From a virus, in IMG/VR virus record IMGVR_UViG_3300035034_003774: DNA of 64,000 nucleotides. One strand, 5' to 3'. Both the position numbers and the translations under genes were made by a program. A model generated the notes under the pieces. It did not search any database. It was not told where the DNA came from and saw only the letters and a program-made list of their open reading frames with translations. Shown here piece by piece: positions 26,999 to 36,689 of this stretch. Each line of letters opens with the position of its first letter. Within the stretch, counting starts at the first letter, position 1.

Positions 26999-27940
26999 TT
27001 ATGATTCAGTAAGCAATTCCTTTCCCTTACCTTTATTATCATCAACTTTATCAGAAGCAATTGAAGCAGCTGTATACTGATCAATAACACCTTCTCCTTT
27101 AGCTGAATGAGGCATGAATATAACATTATTATTATCTCTGGCAATATCTCTCATAGTATCAAAGTACTGTGTAATCTCAACAAATCTCATTACATCTTCC
27201 TGCTTGATTCCAGTGTCCTTAGAGAATGTTCCAATTGAGTCCTTGAATCCTTCGATTATTGCATCTCTTTGTTGAGCAATACCCTTACCTTGAAGCGCTT
27301 TTGATTCAGCCTCAGCCTCTGCTGCTTTAACCTTTCTAATCTTTGCAGCATCACCCTCTTCTTCTGCAGCTCTCTTATCACGAGTTGCAGCATTAATTCT
27401 ATTCATTGCCTCCTTAACACTCTGATCTGGGTCAATATCAACCACAAGAGCATTTTTAATGACATAACCATAGGCTTCAATTGCATGAGAAAGCTGCTTC
27501 ATTACAGCGCTTTCAATATCTTCCTTATTCTCATAAACCTGGTCCAATTCTTTTCTTGGAACTTCTGCACGAATTTCATTAAATACATATGATCTAATCT
27601 GACGCTCGAAATCTGATAATTCATATACAGAATTAATAATAGACTCATCATTGTCCCTTACATAATACTGGACCGCCACTTTAATGTGAACAGAAACCTT
27701 ATCCTTTGTGATAGTTTCAACATCTACACCTATTTCATCAATTCTAAGGCTTTGTCTATAAGCCACTCTTTCTATGAAAGGTATTTTTAGTGTAAGCCCA
27801 GACCTTCTCAAACCCTTAAACTTACCAAACCTCTCAATTACCGCAACTTCTTTCTGTTTTGTGATTACTATAGAAGAAATCAACGCAATAAACGAAATGA
27901 ATCCTAATATACTAAGTGTAACAATACTTCCAACTCCCAT
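26999..27940 (-). CDS. SPFH/band-7 (stomatin/prohibitin-like) membrane protein
   Basis: N-terminal TM then SPFH domain (VAVIERFGKFKGLRRSGLTLKIPFIERV...), C-terminal coiled coil. Confidence 0.7.
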   Translation of the reverse strand: MGVGSIVTLSILGFISFIALISSIVITKQKEVAVIERFGKFKGLRRSGLTLKIPFIERVAYRQSLRIDEIGVDVETITKDKVSVHIKVAVQYYVRDNDESIINSVYELSDFERQIRSYVFNEIRAEVPRKELDQVYENKEDIESAVMKQLSHAIEAYGYVIKNALVVDIDPDQSVKEAMNRINAATRDKRAAEEEGDAAKIRKVKAAEAEAESKALQGKGIAQQRDAIIEGFKDSIGTFSKDTGIKQEDVMRFVEITQYFDTMRDIARDNNNVIFMPHSAKGEGVIDQYTAASIASDKVDDNKGKGKELLTES

Positions 27941-28051
27941 TTTCTATTTTTTTTGATTAATAATGACAAATGTAACTAATTATTATTTACGAAAGAAAAT
28001 TTTTGTCATAATTATTCTTTCTCTGCATTAAAAATGCTAATTTATGCTGCG

Positions 28052-29023
28052 CTATGTTAATGGCAGATTTCTCCTTTCTCTTAATACGTGGTTCTTAATG
28101 ATTGGAACACCTTTCTGAATCATTTCAAAAAATGTTTCTAAATCTTCTATCTCTGGAATTATTACATTATTATGTATTGCCGCCTCTGCATTAAAGAAAA
28201 AGTACATACTCATAAGTGGTGATACAAAAACATCCGCAGACTTTTCTTCTGGATACATATGAAAGTCTCCGAACATTCCTTCTGCAGCAGGTATTACTCT
28301 TGTCTGAACGTGGCTCTTTCTATGTCCGTTTTGACTAAAAGAATGAAGACAAGCGTCTTTATATTCTTTGAAAGAATCCATATAGTCAACAAGGCTGCAG
28401 CTTCCATAGAAACCACCTTGCCTACTAATTTTAGCCATATTCTCAAGCGCAAGATAGTGAGAAAGGTTTTCTTCTATCTCGGTTCCAAACCCAATGCATG
28501 CCAACATCTTTATTGGAACACCTACACCCTTTACTGCCGCAAGAGTAATAGTATCCTCCATCATTGTGCCACTTCCATCTTCGTCTCCAACCATTATAGA
28601 GTCAACGCCCCCATCCACAAGAAGTATAGCTCCAATGTCAAGATGCCTTACAAGTGTGTTTAGTGAATTTGTATATTCCTTAAGTGTTTGATCTCTTTTG
28701 AATGTCCATACATTTACATCCAACCCTTTTGCTTCCTTAAAGTAAGATGATAAATACATCTCTGGGAAGTTCTCTGAGGCGGAATGAATATTGCCAGTAA
28801 CTCCAACACAAGTATTTGTCATCGGAACTACTTCAGTAAAATTAGACATGGTATCCCAGGGACTATGAGTATAGTTCCCCAAATGAACATTAACTCCCAT
28901 TTTCTGCAAACTGGAGTGAATGGGTATTCCTGCAAATACATCATATCCCCCACCCATTCCAAGGATTAGGACATTTTTTGCCTGCCTCAATTTAAAGGCT
29001 ACTGATACTGGTAAATTAAGCAT
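28052..29023 (-). CDS. hypothetical protein (conserved-looking, glycine-rich Rossmann-like N-terminus)
   Basis: NVLILGMGGGYDVFAGIP...LLVDGGVDS. Confidence 0.3.
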   Translation of the reverse strand: MLNLPVSVAFKLRQAKNVLILGMGGGYDVFAGIPIHSSLQKMGVNVHLGNYTHSPWDTMSNFTEVVPMTNTCVGVTGNIHSASENFPEMYLSSYFKEAKGLDVNVWTFKRDQTLKEYTNSLNTLVRHLDIGAILLVDGGVDSIMVGDEDGSGTMMEDTITLAAVKGVGVPIKMLACIGFGTEIEENLSHYLALENMAKISRQGGFYGSCSLVDYMDSFKEYKDACLHSFSQNGHRKSHVQTRVIPAAEGMFGDFHMYPEEKSADVFVSPLMSMYFFFNAEAAIHNNVIIPEIEDLETFFEMIQKGVPIIKNHVLRERRNLPLT

Positions 29024-29025
29024 AA

Positions 29026-29283
29026 TTAAATAATTTTTATAGACATTATTACATATCCCTTCTTGAGTCCGAAATCTCCATCTTCAGCCCTGAGTATATT
29101 AGTTACTTTAACCGCAACTTCACTACCAGTGTATTCGCTTTTTTTTGGCTCATATTCTCTCAATCCAAGAGTATCTCCAGTCTTGAAGTCTCTGTCATCC
29201 TTTCTAATCTCAAATGTCTTGAAACCATAAACTATAGAGTTATAATGATCTGGATGAATCTTTAAGTTGTGATAATTACTCAT
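29026..29283 (-). CDS. ASCH / PUA-like (DUF3850-type) small RNA-binding fold protein
   Basis: HPDHYNSIVYGFKTFEIRKDDRDFKTGDTLGLREYEP matches the ASCH pattern. Confidence 0.45.
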   Translation of the reverse strand: MSNYHNLKIHPDHYNSIVYGFKTFEIRKDDRDFKTGDTLGLREYEPKKSEYTGSEVAVKVTNILRAEDGDFGLKKGYVIMSIKII

Positions 29284-29893
29284 TGAGTATAACCTTTCTA
29301 TTTTTCAACTCAAAAAATGATCTTGCACAAGCCTTAACATCATCAAGAGCATCGTGAGCTCCTTCAAACTCTTCATCAAATAACTTAACGTGAAGTTCAG
29401 TTAAGGTTGGCCATTTATATGTACCATATCTAAATGGAGGCATCTTGCAAAATCCTGTAGTCTCCTGCATTGTGCAAACTTTTCTTGGCTGATTTTCTGG
29501 AGCGACATCAACTCTTATAAATTCAGCACCAATAACATTAATATCAAAATTCATGTTATGAGCAATTAAATAATCAGCTTTTTTCATGTCTTCTAAAAAC
29601 TCTTCAATCGCTTCTAATAATGGTATACCAAATTCTTCACATCTCTCAGTTGACATATTGTTCTCAACGAAAAAGTTAGGATTTCTATTACCTTGCTTGG
29701 TCAGTTCCTCAACCGTTGGTATTGTCCAACCATCTGGCTTTATAAGGTGGCTCTTTTCATTGATGAGATTCTCATTCTCATCATATAATTGCCATCCTAA
29801 TTGTGTAACTCTTGGCCAATTATCCAAGTCGTAAACGGGTGCTTTAAAGTTTTTAGCCATCCCGTTTGTCTCTGTGTCAAAAAATAAATACAT
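29276..29893 (-). CDS. DEDDh 3'-5' exonuclease (DnaQ/epsilon-like)
   Basis: Exo I FFDTETNG, Exo II LIAHNMNFD, Exo III GAHDALDD. Confidence 0.65.
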   Translation of the reverse strand: MYLFFDTETNGMAKNFKAPVYDLDNWPRVTQLGWQLYDENENLINEKSHLIKPDGWTIPTVEELTKQGNRNPNFFVENNMSTERCEEFGIPLLEAIEEFLEDMKKADYLIAHNMNFDINVIGAEFIRVDVAPENQPRKVCTMQETTGFCKMPPFRYGTYKWPTLTELHVKLFDEEFEGAHDALDDVKACARSFFELKNRKVILNE

Positions 29894-29943
29894 AATTATA
29901 GTTTTGTTGTCTATGGTGACAAATGTAAGGAAAATTTAGATAA

Positions 29944-30618
29944 CTAAGAACTTTTGGATAACTTTTTAATTTTATCTCTTAATATTGAGGCTTTTTCAAA
30001 GTCTTCTTCTCTAATAGCCTTTTCAATACTCAATTCTAAAGACGAAATATCATCTTCTTGTGGCATAAATAAATCAAAACCAGTAGGAGATTTGAAGGTC
30101 GATCTTTTTTCCAAATACTCTTTTAATTCTTCCGCAGCTTCATTAAATGCCTCAACACTACTTTCCTTACTGGATACGTATTCGTTAAGATACTCCTTAT
30201 TCATTAGTATCCAATTGTTAATGCCCTCATTTATCGTCGATTCAATTTCAGACTTTTGCCACCATTCTTCAAAATCCCAGGAGTTTATACCCTTATCTGA
30301 TTTTACTTTTTTAGAATATTTTGATGAAAAGTGTTTAACCTTTTTTTCGAATGTGTTTATAAAATTAGAAATAATTACATCTCCACTTAATGTTCTGTAT
30401 CTATCTACACTTCTAAACTCTGGATAGTAAATGTGTTCAAAATCATCAATCAAAAAATCAGCAACATACTTTTTCCCATCAATAGTTATATTAAGCTTTA
30501 ATAAAGACTGTTTATTAAAATACTTATACTTAAAATCTAAAATATCAAATTCAAGCGGTATTAACCTAACTTCGTTTTCTGATTCTTGCTTTCTTACCCT
30601 CTTTGTATACTCCCCCAT
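29944..30618 (-). CDS. hypothetical protein with C-terminal UVR domain
   Basis: EKAIREEDFEKASILRDKIKKL matches UvrB/UvrC UVR motif. Confidence 0.4.
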   Translation of the reverse strand: MGEYTKRVRKQESENEVRLIPLEFDILDFKYKYFNKQSLLKLNITIDGKKYVADFLIDDFEHIYYPEFRSVDRYRTLSGDVIISNFINTFEKKVKHFSSKYSKKVKSDKGINSWDFEEWWQKSEIESTINEGINNWILMNKEYLNEYVSSKESSVEAFNEAAEELKEYLEKRSTFKSPTGFDLFMPQEDDISSLELSIEKAIREEDFEKASILRDKIKKLSKSS

Positions 30619-30700
30619 TGTCTCTTAAATTAATCTCTTTGATAAAATTAATGAAAAAAAATGTCAGTAACAAATTTTTACTTTTATATAAAACAAATAA

Positions 30701-31483
30701 TCACCCCCTTTTAACTATCAAGCTAACAAATTGATTAAACACCTCTGAAAACTCTGGCACCTCATTTATAATAGGCATAACACCATCAATTATTTCCTTT
30801 GGAATATCTTTATAATAAGCTTCCGCTATAGAACCTGCCATTGCAGCTATTGTGTCTGAATCTCCCCCTATTGAGATAGCCTTCCTGATACAGTCTTCAT
30901 AATTATCTGATTCCAGAAAAGCAATTATTGACTCTGGGACAGAACCCTTGCAGCTTACATCAAACTCATATGTAGGACGAATCTCATCAATAGTTCTATC
31001 AAGATCATACTTGAACTCATTTTCAATCATCTGCTTGATGACTTCCTTGCTCGAACCAGTTCTGGCCATATAAATAGACGCAGCAATTGCTTGAGCACCT
31101 TTAATACCTTCTGGATGGTTGTGAGTAACCTCTGCTGATAGCTTCGCCTGTTCCATAACCTCATTGAGGGTGTCAAAAAGCCACCCAACTGAAGACACCC
31201 TCATAGCAGAACCATTGCCCCAGCTATCGTAAGGACCAGCGTTGTCATCATCAAGCCAAGCAATAAATGACGAGCCATATCCAGCAAGTGGATGAGCTCT
31301 ACCGTACTCCCTGATCGTATCAGCATAATCCTTACCATTCATTATAGCATCAGCTACAGCAATTGTAAGCGTTGTATCATCTGTATATCTACAGTCATCT
31401 CTAAACAAAGGGAATTCAGTGTGCTTCACGTTTATCCCTTCATACACAGACCCTATTACGTCTCCACAAATCGCTCCTAACAT
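30701..31483 (-). CDS. ADP-ribosylglycohydrolase (ARH/DraG family)
   Basis: MLGAICGDVIGSVYEG N-terminal motif, later DSDTIAAMAGSIAEAYY. Confidence 0.6.
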   Translation of the reverse strand: MLGAICGDVIGSVYEGINVKHTEFPLFRDDCRYTDDTTLTIAVADAIMNGKDYADTIREYGRAHPLAGYGSSFIAWLDDDNAGPYDSWGNGSAMRVSSVGWLFDTLNEVMEQAKLSAEVTHNHPEGIKGAQAIAASIYMARTGSSKEVIKQMIENEFKYDLDRTIDEIRPTYEFDVSCKGSVPESIIAFLESDNYEDCIRKAISIGGDSDTIAAMAGSIAEAYYKDIPKEIIDGVMPIINEVPEFSEVFNQFVSLIVKRG

Positions 31484-31845
31484 TATAGTAATTTTGAACC
31501 GTAAATATAATCACTTGGGTTAACAAATAATCCACCGTCATGATGTTCCGCAACCATTATCATAACTTCACTTTTCACCCCTTTAATAACCGATGGCTTA
31601 AGGTTCATAACAAATGGACACTGTATACCAATCAAATCATTTGGCTCATGTGTCTTCCCTAAGTTTGTAAAAGCAGTTTTTTCGAAATTTATTTCCTCAC
31701 CATTTTCATCAATATCATCAAACTGAACTCTCAATTCAAGTCCGTAGCTATTAGGAACTTTCTTGGCCTCATTTATAATTCCAATTCTTATATCAAGTTT
31801 CTTCTCTATTTCAAGGAACTCACTAAATTCAATTTCTTCTTTCAT
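31483..31845 (-). CDS. hypothetical protein
   Basis: 120-aa ORF, ATGA overlap. Confidence 0.3.
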   Translation of the reverse strand: MKEEIEFSEFLEIEKKLDIRIGIINEAKKVPNSYGLELRVQFDDIDENGEEINFEKTAFTNLGKTHEPNDLIGIQCPFVMNLKPSVIKGVKSEVMIMVAEHHDGGLFVNPSDYIYGSKLL

Positions 31846-31856
31846 TTCGTATATTT

Positions 31857-32057
31857 TTAATCTTCAACACCAATTTCTCTAAGATAATTATGAAGGTTAT
31901 CCATAGCATCTTTTGCCTTTAAACAAAGCTCTTTCAATTTTTGATCACTGCCATCCATTGAATCTTCTCTGTATCCATAGTTTTGAACCCAATATCCAAA
32001 ACCTTCATTTTCAAGCTCCCCATACAACTGGTCTTTATCCTCGTCTGTTAATGGCAT
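31857..32057 (-). CDS. hypothetical small protein
   Basis: 66-aa ORF. Confidence 0.25.
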   Translation of the reverse strand: MPLTDEDKDQLYGELENEGFGYWVQNYGYREDSMDGSDQKLKELCLKAKDAMDNLHNYLREIGVED

Positions 32058-32061
32058 AATT

Positions 32062-32379
32062 TTAATTTTTATCTGATTTATATTCTATTATCCTAAACCT
32101 AAGGCTGTATTCATCAACCTCAACTTTATAGCTATCTTTCATCTTGTCATTTACACAACTGAGAACATACGATAAATAAGTAGGGTCTCCATTGATTATT
32201 CTAAAATGCTTTTCATCTTCAGTCATAAGCTCCCACTCTTCATTAACAGATTTTTTAAGCTCTTTTAGAGTGAATTCATAAGTATAATCATCAGGGTCAT
32301 GAAATTCTCCCCCAACTCTCTTTGGTTTTGTGTTAAACCAGTTGCTATCATCTATCACTTTCATGTCAAAATTGTCCAA
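32062..32379 (-). CDS. hypothetical protein
   Basis: 105-aa ORF. Confidence 0.3.
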   Translation of the reverse strand: MDNFDMKVIDDSNWFNTKPKRVGGEFHDPDDYTYEFTLKELKKSVNEEWELMTEDEKHFRIINGDPTYLSYVLSCVNDKMKDSYKVEVDEYSLRFRIIEYKSDKN

Positions 32380-33355
32380 TTAAATTCTCTTTAACATAAC
32401 CACCATCAATACCAGTTACTTCTGAAAAATCTATATCACCATATCTTTCTCTATCTTTCAAGCAGCTGTGTAAAACCTTTTCCTTAGCTTCCTCTAAAGT
32501 CTTAACTCCAGAGCCCAGTGAAATAGAATATGTTCCGCCCATTCCGCAATTATAACTCATGGTTCCTTTTCCCCAGTGAGGAATAGGAGTGACTATAAAT
32601 TCACCGTTCTCATCTTCATAACCAAATTCAAGCTGAAATCTGTGCCAAACTTTTGACCACCACCTTGAATACCTCTTGGTATATTTAGTGTAATCAATTC
32701 TGCACTTATATTTTCCTTCAGGCATTTCAATTTCATCATTACCCTTAAAAACAACTTCACGCTCAACCTTGTCCTTTCCTTTTAGAAATCTTACAAAATC
32801 AAAATTACCATGCCTCCATTTTGGGATTCCATTATGCCACTCGTCTGGGTCAGTCCAAAATCTCCACCACATTTGATAATGATGAAAACTTAAGTCGATT
32901 TCTCTGCTTGCTGTTCTAATCCATCCCTTATCTTTAGTTCTCGATCTACCCTTGAGCTTTTTGTTTTTATTCATTTTGGCGTAGTACTCTGCTGTCGCTC
33001 CAGATGGTTTGTCAGTTACATATTCACCATATTCACCAGCTTCTCTTGTTTCTTTTTGCATTGCCTCTCTAATAGCACTTGCTTCTTTGTCAGAAAACTG
33101 ATTATATTCCTTTGTATAAATCCACTCAGGAAACAATCCTTCAAATGATATATAAAAAGTAAATAATAGCCAAAATGTAAAAGTAACCTCACCTTCACTG
33201 CCATTTACATTAACTCCCCAATGAAAACTTGGATTTGAACATACTTGAGCTCTTAAGCTCTTATTTCCATCTCCAATGAACCATACCCATCTTGAGTTAA
33301 CCCAGGATTTTTCGTTTTCTTCTTTTGCGTAATTTTTATAACTTATCCAACCCAT
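32366..33355 (-). CDS. hypothetical Trp-rich protein
   Basis: 329-aa ORF. Confidence 0.3.
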   Translation of the reverse strand: MGWISYKNYAKEENEKSWVNSRWVWFIGDGNKSLRAQVCSNPSFHWGVNVNGSEGEVTFTFWLLFTFYISFEGLFPEWIYTKEYNQFSDKEASAIREAMQKETREAGEYGEYVTDKPSGATAEYYAKMNKNKKLKGRSRTKDKGWIRTASREIDLSFHHYQMWWRFWTDPDEWHNGIPKWRHGNFDFVRFLKGKDKVEREVVFKGNDEIEMPEGKYKCRIDYTKYTKRYSRWWSKVWHRFQLEFGYEDENGEFIVTPIPHWGKGTMSYNCGMGGTYSISLGSGVKTLEEAKEKVLHSCLKDRERYGDIDFSEVTGIDGGYVKENLIGQF

Positions 33356-33358
33356 TTT

Positions 33359-33592
33359 TTAAATATTAATTTTATAACCTAATGATTCTTGTGTATTTGG
33401 ATTAATTTCACAATAAATTTCAAAACAAACACTACTGTACTCACTTGATACCTTTATAGGATTCATAATCTCTTCATTTTCTTTTAGTTCAGATAACTTA
33501 GATTTATGATTATCAACAGCATTTAATAATTCTCTCAAAGTTTGTTCTGTAATAACTATTTTTCCTCCAGATATTTCTTCAATTCTTGACAT
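33359..33592 (-). CDS. hypothetical small protein
   Basis: 77-aa ORF. Confidence 0.25.
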   Translation of the reverse strand: MSRIEEISGGKIVITEQTLRELLNAVDNHKSKLSELKENEEIMNPIKVSSEYSSVCFEIYCEINPNTQESLGYKINI

Positions 33593-33602
33593 ATAATTAT
33601 TT

Positions 33603-33974
33603 TTATTTTTCTATATAAACTGTAAACTTCACATGATCTGTACATGTTTGGTGATATACAGAATCAAACCTATCTCCAAACTTCTGCTTTATAGCTTCAA
33701 AAACAAAAAACCAATGCTCAGGGTCAGATTCATCAATACCGATTTCAGAATAACAATGAACACCATCTTCTCTTGGCTCACAAGTATAATGACTTGGGAG
33801 GAGTTTTTCCATATATTTAGTTTCTTCAATCATCATGAAACATTTCTTTTTGATGTGCTTCAACCTCAATTTTACCAGACCTAATGTCTTCCCTAACTCT
33901 TTCAATAGCTTCACCAAGCCAGTTAGTTCCTTTCCATTTTGATCTATCCTTAGCACGAGGGTCATCAGCTGCAA
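33603..33974 (-). CDS. hypothetical protein (5' end overlaps NADAR gene; true start may be internal)
   Basis: 123-aa ORF overlapping 33826-33974. Confidence 0.25.
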   Translation of the reverse strand: MQLMTLVLRIDQNGKELTGLVKLLKELGKTLGLVKLRLKHIKKKCFMMIEETKYMEKLLPSHYTCEPREDGVHCYSEIGIDESDPEHWFFVFEAIKQKFGDRFDSVYHQTCTDHVKFTVYIEK

Positions 33975-34359
33975 GACCTATGCCCCAAATAAAATCTTTT
34001 GGACTTGCCTCTACAATTGTTCTGTCTCCAGTAAACAATAGCTCTTCAAGCATATCTTTATTCTGAGTAAACTTAGCAACATTACCATCGTATACAATAT
34101 CACGACAATAGGCTTCCCAAATCTTCTTATCAAAATTTTTCACCTTTCTGCCAAGAGCCTTTTGATCTCTTGGATTTTTTGAATTCATTACTTGCTCCGC
34201 AATGTCATAATCATGGAACATTAGAGCTTTCTTATACATCATGTATTGCTCGCAAGTATTGAAGGTAACTCCATCAATTATGAATGTTGACCTAGCCCAT
34301 TGGCTGAAACTACCACCCCAAAAGAAAGCAAACTCTTCTTTATTTTCTACTTCCTCCAT
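33826..34359 (-). CDS. NADAR / YbiA-like (DUF1768) N-glycosidase family protein
   Basis: FFWGGSFSQW...FNTCEQYMMYKKALMF...GDRTIVEASPKDFIWGIG matches the NADAR signature. Confidence 0.6.
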   Translation of the reverse strand: MEEVENKEEFAFFWGGSFSQWARSTFIIDGVTFNTCEQYMMYKKALMFHDYDIAEQVMNSKNPRDQKALGRKVKNFDKKIWEAYCRDIVYDGNVAKFTQNKDMLEELLFTGDRTIVEASPKDFIWGIGLAADDPRAKDRSKWKGTNWLGEAIERVREDIRSGKIEVEAHQKEMFHDD

Positions 34360-34376
34360 TTTTTAATTTTTATAAT

Positions 34377-34916
34377 TTAATCCCACCTTGAATTTGTGGT
34401 TTTTGTATTTTTGATTTCACTCTCAGTTGTTTCTCTTATAACAAAACCAGAGCCATCACACAATTCACATTGGTCTTCATCACCAGAATATTTCCAATGA
34501 ATTTCATCCCCATCAATTGTAAAGTGATTCATAAAATTTCTTGAATCCCATATGTTATCAGTAAGTTGAAGGGTTTCTATTTCTAAAATTTTGTGATATA
34601 AAATGTCATCATTGTCTTCCTCATTCTCGATGAACTTCTCAACAATTTCTTTAACCTTTTTAAATTCTTCCTCGGTGATTTCACTAACTCCAGATTCATA
34701 AAAATAAATTGGGTCACTCATGTGACCATCAAAATGACTATAAAATGTGGTGTTATAAAACCCACCATATGTCTTGTTGTTCTTTTTAAAAGTTTTACCA
34801 AAAAGGGCAAATCCGTTTTCATTCGCTTTATTTAAGATGTCTTTCTTCTTTTTCTTAAGCTCTTTGATTTCTTTTTCTACTGAGTCATACTCAGCTTGTA
34901 ATTCTGATTTTTTCAT
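34377..34916 (-). CDS. hypothetical protein
   Basis: 179-aa ORF. Confidence 0.3.
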   Translation of the reverse strand: MKKSELQAEYDSVEKEIKELKKKKKDILNKANENGFALFGKTFKKNNKTYGGFYNTTFYSHFDGHMSDPIYFYESGVSEITEEEFKKVKEIVEKFIENEEDNDDILYHKILEIETLQLTDNIWDSRNFMNHFTIDGDEIHWKYSGDEDQCELCDGSGFVIRETTESEIKNTKTTNSRWD

Positions 34917-34930
34917 TTGTTTTTCTAATT

Positions 34931-35323
34931 TTATAAATCGTAAAATATTTTTGCATCACAATAATCTTCATCTCCATCATCTGGCATATTTAATACGCAA
35001 AACCTCCCGTATATTATATGAAATTCATATCCGTTAGTACAGGTAATGGAAATAGACTTTCTGTCCTTTTTTTTCTTGAATATGGCCATAAACCTATAAT
35101 GATATTTATAGCTATCTATCTCAAACTTTTTGTATTCGCCAAAAACATTAGCTTTTACAAAGCCAAATTTGGTATTAACCTTTATCTTGCCTGACGTATC
35201 ATTATCAATAGGCTCACAATCATCAGAGTTCTCTATCATTTCGTATGTAGAGTAACTTGAAAAATGCCTTACGTCTGTGCAGCTTGACAGGGCCAAGATC
35301 AATATTATAGCAATTCTAATCAT
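34931..35323 (-). CDS. putative lipoprotein
   Basis: signal peptide ...LALSSC. Confidence 0.3.
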   Translation of the reverse strand: MIRIAIILILALSSCTDVRHFSSYSTYEMIENSDDCEPIDNDTSGKIKVNTKFGFVKANVFGEYKKFEIDSYKYHYRFMAIFKKKKDRKSISITCTNGYEFHIIYGRFCVLNMPDDGDEDYCDAKIFYDL

Positions 35324-35817
35324 ACTATTTTTTCTTTTAAAGCACTCATGTCTTCACGAAGTTCATCTTCAGCATCCTCATATCCAGCTTCTTTATGGAA
35401 TTTCTTAAAAATATCATCATCCTCCTGTATAACACTAATCATAGAGTATATAATATCCATTTCTTCTTCTTTTAAAGAAACTTGGTTTAATTCACTTTCG
35501 TCTATTTCAACGAACTCAAGTTCATGATTAAAGGAATGCTGTCCCTGGATAAAATAACCCCCTTTTGCGAATCCATAAAAATCCTTTGTTTCAAGATATA
35601 CATCGTAATCAACCATAGCGCTCTTACCAGAGTCAAAACTTCCAGTATCAGGGTCTGCCATTATATACATTCCCTCATAACCTTCTAACTCAGGCTCTCT
35701 CTCTGCTTCGTTAGCATCGGAAAGATACTGTATTGTATTTGCATCTAATTTAATCTTTCTCTTTTTCATTTTCGTGTAATTTACATATTTCACCCCAATC
35801 AACCACAACTGGCTCAT
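35320..35817 (-). CDS. hypothetical acidic protein
   Basis: 165-aa ORF. Confidence 0.3.
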   Translation of the reverse strand: MSQLWLIGVKYVNYTKMKKRKIKLDANTIQYLSDANEAEREPELEGYEGMYIMADPDTGSFDSGKSAMVDYDVYLETKDFYGFAKGGYFIQGQHSFNHELEFVEIDESELNQVSLKEEEMDIIYSMISVIQEDDDIFKKFHKEAGYEDAEDELREDMSALKEKIV

Positions 35818-36544
35818 TAGTTGTATAATACTGAAGGTTTAACACACTGCAGTTTATCAATCTAGTCACCTTTCCGTCCTCATGAGGAATGTCATCAATT
35901 CCATACGCCTCATGAATATGTCCAAAAGAACAAATCTTAGGCTTAATTTCTTTAATCCTGTTTGTTAGATCAACACAACCAACCATGTCGCCATTTCTAC
36001 ACCTTTCAAGAAATGTTCCTGATGGAGGGCCATGAACTACAACAATATCAGTACCCTCTTCTATGAGGTCCCAGTGCTGTTTAATTCCATTGGCAACATC
36101 CTCCTGCCCATTACACCTAACAGCGTTAAATGCCCAGTTATGAAACCAAGGTGTCCATGGACTACCGAAAATCTTAATACCCTCAATCTCTATTGTTTCA
36201 TTCTCAAGATACACAATGCCTTCTGGTATAATATCTCTTGGGTTTTCACCTGGAGTAAGACTTCTATTTCTCTTATGAGTTGGCTCAAACCAAAAATCGT
36301 GATTTCCAGCAATAAAAATCTTATGTTTATGAGGTAGTTTTTCATACCAATCTAAAAACTCCTTTATCTCACTTCTTTGTCCTCGCAATGAAATATCACC
36401 GCAACAAATGATCATATCTCCATCTGGTATTTCAGATTCATAGTGAAGTCCATGAGGGTCACTGAAAAAAACTATTTTAAAATCTTTATCTTCCATTGTC
36501 CTAGTTTCCATACTCAGCACTAACTGCTCCATGAAGAGATTCAA
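35750..36544 (-). CDS. calcineurin-like metallophosphoesterase
   Basis: FFSDPHG, ICCGDIS, FIAGNHDF, VVVHGPP motifs. Confidence 0.6.
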   Translation of the reverse strand: MNLFMEQLVLSMETRTMEDKDFKIVFFSDPHGLHYESEIPDGDMIICCGDISLRGQRSEIKEFLDWYEKLPHKHKIFIAGNHDFWFEPTHKRNRSLTPGENPRDIIPEGIVYLENETIEIEGIKIFGSPWTPWFHNWAFNAVRCNGQEDVANGIKQHWDLIEEGTDIVVVHGPPSGTFLERCRNGDMVGCVDLTNRIKEIKPKICSFGHIHEAYGIDDIPHEDGKVTRLINCSVLNLQYYTTNEPVVVDWGEICKLHENEKEKD

Positions 36545-36689
36545 GCGTATCCTTTACATCTTCTATCTCCATCCCCGCATTGATCATCTTATCAGCACAC
36601 TCTATAAATGTTTCATAACCAGTGCTCCACCACCCCTTATATCCAGGTAGATCATTTTCTATCCAACTAATTAATTCTTCTCTATTCAT
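36501..36689 (-). CDS. hypothetical small protein
   Basis: 62-aa ORF. Confidence 0.25.
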   Translation of the reverse strand: MNREELISWIENDLPGYKGWWSTGYETFIECADKMINAGMEIEDVKDTLESLHGAVSAEYGN